A DNA stretch of 62,214 nucleotides, counting the filler, from Candidatus Woesearchaeota archaeon (lineage in GTDB: Archaea > Nanobdellota > Nanobdellia > Woesearchaeales > GCA-2687795): assembly GCA_030753365.1 (NCBI GenBank). It is 5 parts of 5 records of this genome, joined end to end, with 100 filler letters (N's around TTAATTAATTAA, not from the genome) between each part and the next. Parts side by side here need not be neighbours in the genome. Positions count along the whole stretch, not along the records: positions 51,079 to 58,930 come from JASMCJ010000013.1; positions 59,031 to 62,214 come from JASMCJ010000018.1; 3 more parts are not named here. One strand, written 5' to 3'. Both the position numbers and the translations under genes were made by a program. Positions 57,449 through 62,214 of the stretch are shown here, piece after piece. The number at the start of each line of letters is the position of its first letter. Within the stretch, counting starts at the first letter, position 1. Under the pieces are notes generated by a model. It was not told where the DNA came from. It did no database searches and saw nothing but the letters and a program-made list of their open reading frames with translations.

Positions 57449-58299
57449 TTGAAAGAAAATTTGTTGCACAGAGGACAAAGGAGTTTTTGGTACAGGAGTA
57501 TATAGAAGAAAACCTCAAAAGAGTAGGGCACAGCCATACGAAAATGGTAAAAACTCCTTTGGGAGTCAAGGTAATAATACATGCTTCAAGGCCTGGGTTA
57601 ATAGTAGGCAAAAAGGGCCAAAACATAAAGAAACTAACGAATGCAATAAAGAAAAAGTTTAATTTGGAAAATCCTCAGATAGAAATAAGCGAAGTGGAAA
57701 ATATTAATTTAGATGCGCAAATAGTTGCTGAAATGATAGCAAATTCATTGGAAAGGTTTGGTGCATCAAGATTTAAAGGTATTGGCCATAAAACTATGAC
57801 TAATGTTCTTGAGGCAGGCGCATTAGGTGTTGAAATACTGATCTCAGGGAAAATTCCCAGTTCAAGAGCTAAAAGATGGAGATTTTATAAGGGTTATTTG
57901 AAGAAAAGTGGAGATATCAGCCAGGAAGGAATAAGAAAGGCAACCACTAATGCTTTACTTAAGTCAGGAATGGTAGGGATACAGGTTAAAATCATGCCAC
58001 CAGACATAGAACTGCCTGACAAAATAATATTGAAAAGCGAAGTTGAAGAAATTGTTGAAGAAGGCGAAGAAAGTGCTGATGCTGACAAGGATGATAAGAA
58101 GCCTGAAGAAGACAAAAGCGTTGAGAAAAAGAATAGTAAAGAAGATGAAAAAGATAAGGAGAAATCTCAAAGTAAAAAAGCAAAAGATAAGAAAAATGAG
58201 ATAAAAGAAAATAGCTCCGTTGATAAGGAAGACAAGAAAAAGAAAGAAGACAAGGAAGATAAATCTGATAAGAAAGAAAATGGCAATGTTAAAGAATAA
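57445..58299 (+). CDS. rps3p: Ribosomal protein uS3 with K/D/E tail
   Basis: KTPLG, RPGLIVG, GVEILISGK. Confidence 0.97.
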   Translation: MIERKFVAQRTKEFLVQEYIEENLKRVGHSHTKMVKTPLGVKVIIHASRPGLIVGKKGQNIKKLTNAIKKKFNLENPQIEISEVENINLDAQIVAEMIANSLERFGASRFKGIGHKTMTNVLEAGALGVEILISGKIPSSRAKRWRFYKGYLKKSGDISQEGIRKATTNALLKSGMVGIQVKIMPPDIELPDKIILKSEVEEIVEEGEESADADKDDKKPEEDKSVEKKNSKEDEKDKEKSQSKKAKDKKNEIKENSSVDKEDKKKKEDKEDKSDKKENGNVKE

Positions 58300-58510
58300 G
58301 GAGTTAAGGACAATCAACCCGCGAGAGTTGAAAACAAAGCTTGAAGACCTAAGAAGAGAGTTAATCAAGCTTAATGTTCAAAAAAGTACAGGTACATCCG
58401 CTAAAAATCCAAAACAGATCAAAATCATAAAGAAAACAATAGCAAGGATATTGACTTTGCTACAAAAGAAGTATAAAAAACTGGAAAAAAAACCGGAAGG
58501 TGAAAAATAA
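58280..58510 (+). CDS. rpl29p: Ribosomal protein uL29
   Basis: KELR..LRRELIKL..IKKTIARILT. Confidence 0.93.
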   Translation: MAMLKNKELRTINPRELKTKLEDLRRELIKLNVQKSTGTSAKNPKQIKIIKKTIARILTLLQKKYKKLEKKPEGEK

Positions 58511-58513
58511 AGA

Positions 58514-58822
58514 ATGGGTGAAATATGCGAAAAATGTGGTTTACCAAAAGAGATTTGCGCGTGCGAAAGCATTGCGAAAGAGAACCAGCAGATAATAGTA
58601 AAGATTGAAAAAAGGAAGTTTGGAAAAAAATATACAATGATTGATGGCATAGACGACAAAGAAATTGATATGAAAGAACTAACGAAAAAACTGAAAAGCA
58701 GCCTGGCATGTGGCGGTACGTCCAAAACAGGGGTAATAGAGCTGCAAGGCGACCATAAGCAAAGAGTCAGGGAAATATTGATACAATCAGGGTTTGCGCC
58801 TGAAACAATAATAATTAAGTGA
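58514..58822 (+). CDS. Translation initiation factor SUI1/aIF1
   Basis: CEKCGLPKEICAC, LACGGT, IELQGDH. Confidence 0.96.
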   Translation: MGEICEKCGLPKEICACESIAKENQQIIVKIEKRKFGKKYTMIDGIDDKEIDMKELTKKLKSSLACGGTSKTGVIELQGDHKQRVREILIQSGFAPETIIIK

Positions 58823-58930
58823 AGAATTGAGAAATAAGTGACAAAAATTAAAGAAAAGTAAAAGACACTGAAGCAACAAGAAATAAGAAAAAATAGTCAG
58901 AGAATCATTAAGATGAATTCAACATCAAAG

Positions 58931-59030
58931 NNNNNNNNNNNNNNNNNNNNNNNNNNNNNNNNNNNNNNNNNNNNTTAATTAATTAANNNNNNNNNNNNNN
59001 NNNNNNNNNNNNNNNNNNNNNNNNNNNNNN
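58931..59030. other. Artificial contig linker
   Basis: N-run with TTAATTAATTAA. Confidence 0.99.
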
Positions 59031-59139
59031 TAAGCTGTTGGAGAAGATTTAGTGTTGATAAGCTGGTTGAGAGTGCAATAGAGGGAGCAAAAGCGAAAGT
59101 AATATAAATAAAAATTCACTCTTAGTTGTTATAAGTCTT

Positions 59140-59279
59140 GGGGATGTAGCTCAGCCTGGGAGAGCACTAGACTGAAGTTCCTATGATCTGCTGAGGCGTA
59201 TGCCGATGACAGAACAGAGATCTAGGTGTCCTGGATTCAAATGCTTGCATTAAGCAAGCTGAAAGTTCCAGCATCCCCA
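59140..59279 (+). tRNA. tRNA-Phe(GAA) with two introns (59178-59219, 59242-59265)
   Basis: Acceptor GGGGATG/CATCCCC-A; anticodon stem CTAGA/TCTAG; strict BHB in the T arm. Confidence 0.92.
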
Positions 59280-59394
59280 TTCTTTTCTTCTTAATATACT
59301 TTTAATTATTATCTTCTAATACTTCTAAAAAAAATGGGGACCAGTGAATTTACGCAGTAAATTTTAATGCATCCCCCTTTTTTCTTTTTAAGAA

Positions 59395-59493
59395 CTAAGA
59401 ATCATCATATATATTTTCTTCAACCACTAAGAAACCATCAACCCTTCTTATGATTTCAATGTCTTCATCAATCTTTTTTTGGCTATTTTTCAT
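59395..59493 (-). CDS. Possible 32-aa peptide
   Basis: MKNSQKKIDEDIEIIRRVDGFLVVEENIYDDS*; no other support. Confidence 0.25.
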   Translation of the reverse strand: MKNSQKKIDEDIEIIRRVDGFLVVEENIYDDS

Positions 59494-59620
59494 TTTACAG
59501 CCTTATAACCACTCCCTTTATGTTGTCCACCTATTAAGATATATATCTTTCGCTGTATTTTTGTATAAAAGAGAAAGAATAGTAACTTAGTATAGGCTTT
59601 TCATATAATTCCCAGAGAAA

Positions 59621-60304
59621 TTAGAGCTTATACTGCAGCAAAGCCATCACATGATCCTTCTGATAAGGCCTGAGATTAACCTTATCAATCAACTTAAAGC
59701 CGCTCTTAAGCAGCTTGCTAATCTCTTCCTGGAAAACCCTCTCAGGATTCTTTGTGACATCCACGCTTCTTGCCTTAATAGCAAAAAAAGCATAGCCCTT
59801 ATCTTTTAGAAAGAGTTTAGCATTCTTAATAAGAATCTCTGCCTGGTTTCTCTGCGCAACATCAATGTAAAGAACATCAACCTTGCTTACTTTATCCTTA
59901 TAAGTTTCAGGCAGGTTTGCATTGCCTAGAACAGGGCAAATATTACCTCTAACCTGGCTTATGAAAACAAGGTCTCTCATAACTCTTGGAGCAAAGTCCA
60001 AGGCAAAAATAAAGCCTTTCTCTTTAACTATGTCTGAAATGTAAGTGCAAGTTGTGCCATAAGAAGAACCCAAATAAAGAACAACATCTCCTTCTTTAAT
60101 AGGCATACTCTTTAATCTGTTAAGGATAGCAGCGGAAAGTTTGCTCCTGTCAGGGTTCCATGTTCTGAGCTCAGACCCTTTATGATTAATAAGATCTTCA
60201 TCAAAAAATTTCCTTCCAGGCGTAAGATTCTTTGTAAGCAAAAGCGTTCTTCTGCCTCTCAAACCTAAAAATACTCCTTTAAACTTGCTTTCTTTGATTT
60301 GCAT
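59621..60304 (-). CDS. flpA: Fibrillarin-like 2'-O-methyltransferase
   Basis: WNPDRSKLSAA, VLYLG..GTT, DVAQ, IKARSVD. Confidence 0.96.
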   Translation of the reverse strand: MQIKESKFKGVFLGLRGRRTLLLTKNLTPGRKFFDEDLINHKGSELRTWNPDRSKLSAAILNRLKSMPIKEGDVVLYLGSSYGTTCTYISDIVKEKGFIFALDFAPRVMRDLVFISQVRGNICPVLGNANLPETYKDKVSKVDVLYIDVAQRNQAEILIKNAKLFLKDKGYAFFAIKARSVDVTKNPERVFQEEISKLLKSGFKLIDKVNLRPYQKDHVMALLQYKL

Positions 60305-60472
60305 AGAATAAGAATAGTATTGCCTATTATATAATTTTACCTTTTTTGTATGGATTCTTAATGTTAACCTCTAAAGAGTGTTTTTTACTACAATAAAGTT
60401 TATATACTTGTTATGCATTAAGGAATACTAACAGTTCAAATGCTGTAAAATAATAACCAAGGTGTTAAATTA

Positions 60473-61699
60473 ATGAAAAAAATTCTGTTACTGATGTTGG
60501 TATCTATTAGCATAATTCTTTTAGGTGGATGTGGGCAGATTCCAGAAGAAACTGATGATGACCTTTCATTCATACCTTTTGATGAGATTCCAGTTGGAGA
60601 AGAAGATACTGTAAGCTCACCGCCTTCATTACCTGAAGAAACTCCTGAAACTGTTCCTGAACAGCCTCCAGTTGTTCAAGAACCTGAACAGGAGCTAAAA
60701 GAAGAAGATAAGAAAGATTTGCCTAAGATTGTTGTAAAAGAAACTGAGCCAGTCAAATTAAACCTGAAAGTAACAGATCCTGATGGCGATCCTATAACTT
60801 ATACATATACCAATCCTTTGAATGAAAAAGGCGAATGGCAGACAGAAGCAGGAGATGCAGGTGAATATAAAGTAACAATAACAGCTTCTGATGGCAAATC
60901 AACAACTACTCAGGATTTGTTAATAGTTGTAGAAAGCAAGAACCAGTTGCCTGTGATAAAAAATGTTAATGATATAACTGTTAATGAAGGGCAGACTGTT
61001 ACTTTAAGTCCAGTTGTAATAGACCCTGAAAATGAAGAAGTAAGCATAAAATATTCCGGTTGGATGACTTCATCCCAGTATAAAACAAACTATAATGATG
61101 CAGGAGTGCATAAGGTAACAATAACAACTTCTGATGGTGTTAATGAAGTAAGCAAGGAAGTTACCATCATGGTTAGTAATATAAACAGAGCTCCTGTGTT
61201 GAGCGAATTAAGTGATGTAAGTGTGAAAGAAGGTGAAACTGTTAAGATAGAAGCTATTGCAGCTGACCCTGATGATGATTCTGTTATACTGAGCTATTCG
61301 TCTCCGTTAGATGATGAAGGAGAATGGGAAACTCAGGAAGATGATATAGGTGAATATACTGTAACAGTTACAGCTTCAGATGGGGAATTAGAAGATGAAG
61401 AAGAAATACTTATTACTGTGGTAAGCTCTAACAGCCCTCCTACGCTTGAGTTAGTAACTGAAATAACTGTGAAAGAAGGAGAACCGGCAGTAATAAGCCC
61501 TGTTGTAACAGATCCTGAAGGAGGCGATGTAACGGTTAGTTATTCTGGCTGGATGAGCACTTCTATATATGAAACAAACTATGATGACGCAGGAACACAT
61601 ACTGTAACTGTAACAGTATCTGATGGTGTTAATGAAGTCTCAAAAGATGTAACCGTAACAGTGGAAGATGTAAACAGGCCGCCAGTGTTTGAATGGTGA
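60473..61699 (+). CDS. Lipoprotein with four Ig/cadherin-like repeats (ABAB)
   Basis: Lipobox LGGC; repeated DPDGD, WQT..DAG.Y.VT..ASDG and YSGWM..TNY.DAG. Confidence 0.85.
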   Translation: MKKILLLMLVSISIILLGGCGQIPEETDDDLSFIPFDEIPVGEEDTVSSPPSLPEETPETVPEQPPVVQEPEQELKEEDKKDLPKIVVKETEPVKLNLKVTDPDGDPITYTYTNPLNEKGEWQTEAGDAGEYKVTITASDGKSTTTQDLLIVVESKNQLPVIKNVNDITVNEGQTVTLSPVVIDPENEEVSIKYSGWMTSSQYKTNYNDAGVHKVTITTSDGVNEVSKEVTIMVSNINRAPVLSELSDVSVKEGETVKIEAIAADPDDDSVILSYSSPLDDEGEWETQEDDIGEYTVTVTASDGELEDEEEILITVVSSNSPPTLELVTEITVKEGEPAVISPVVTDPEGGDVTVSYSGWMSTSIYETNYDDAGTHTVTVTVSDGVNEVSKDVTVTVEDVNRPPVFEW

Positions 61700-61704
61700 T
61701 AAAG

Positions 61705-62082
61705 ATGAAGATAATAAAACTTGGAATTGGAGTAATATGTGTGATATTTATATTCTTGTTTAGTTATCTTGGAACCGCGCATACTGCTGATACTATCCAA
61801 TCACATACTGAATCTTTAGAAAACAATCCAATAACCCATAACATAAGAATATTTGATGATTTCATTGAGCCTGATACAATTGTTGTGGAAAGAGACGTAT
61901 CAGTAGAATTATTTATAACATATTCTGGCAGTGAAGCAAACAAGTTTGTTATTGAAGATTATGATGTTGAAGAAAGATTGTTTGATGGCAAGACTATTTC
62001 TCTTAAATTCAAAGCAAATAAGCAAGGAAACTTTGAAATAGGTAGTTTTAGAAGACCTTTGGGAATGCTTGTTGTTAAGTAA
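61705..62082 (+). CDS. Secreted cupredoxin-like fold protein
   Basis: EPDTIVV..V.L, FKANKQGNF, GMLVVK; no Cys ligand. Confidence 0.55.
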   Translation: MKIIKLGIGVICVIFIFLFSYLGTAHTADTIQSHTESLENNPITHNIRIFDDFIEPDTIVVERDVSVELFITYSGSEANKFVIEDYDVEERLFDGKTISLKFKANKQGNFEIGSFRRPLGMLVVK

Positions 62083-62129
62083 AATTCCCTTTAGAAAATC
62101 TTAAATAGTATCTTTTTCTTAATTAGGTT

Positions 62130-62214
62130 ATGACATATGATATAGTTGTAGGCATACCAAGCTATAATGAAGGAAAAAATATTTCTTTTGTTGCAGAACA
62201 AGTGGATTTAGGCC
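62130..62214 (+). CDS. Start of a family 2-like glycosyltransferase (partial)
   Basis: MTYDIVVGIPSYNEGKNISFVAEQVDLG. Confidence 0.7.
   Translation, partial: MTYDIVVGIPSYNEGKNISFVAEQVDLG

Noticed and set aside
28447..58368. Many F/S/L-rich minus-strand ORFs opposite ribosomal genes
   Set aside because: Antisense shadows of K/E-rich, stop-poor sequence
24255..59030. Four identical TTAATTAATTAA motifs within N-runs
   Set aside because: Artificial all-frame-stop linkers; adjacency across them has no biological meaning
60730..61690. Internal DNA repeats in the lipoprotein gene
   Set aside because: Explained by ordinary tandem Ig-like domain duplication

Overview
Archaeal DNA, most consistent with a DPANN (Woesearchaeota-like) metagenome-assembled genome; the lineage is inferred from gene content and style. 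The window is five contigs joined by artificial 100-nt N/TTAATTAATTAA linkers: 1-24254, 24355-42134, 42235-50978, 51079-58930 and 59031-62214. It is mostly informational housekeeping: the S10/spc-type ribosomal protein clusters, aRF1, aEF-2, aEF-1beta, PheT, FEN1, EndA, Top6A, RpoE'/Spt4, SecY and fibrillarin. Main unusual points: (1) a 510-aa HTH+LAGLIDADG intein directly after the catalytic GGQ of aRF1; (2) a three-intron tRNA-Ile(UAU) and a two-intron tRNA-Phe, both with a T-loop (59/60) intron; (3) a double kink-turn small RNA; (4) several small hairpin repeat families, including a G-rich element with a hairpin over the stop codon of three unrelated genes and a 35-bp palindrome sitting in frame in two unrelated proteins; (5) a ~57-aa module shared by the tails of uL10 and uL22; (6) a Trm5 with a TIM-barrel-like domain inserted. 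All calls were made by eye from motifs and base-pairing; no searches were run.
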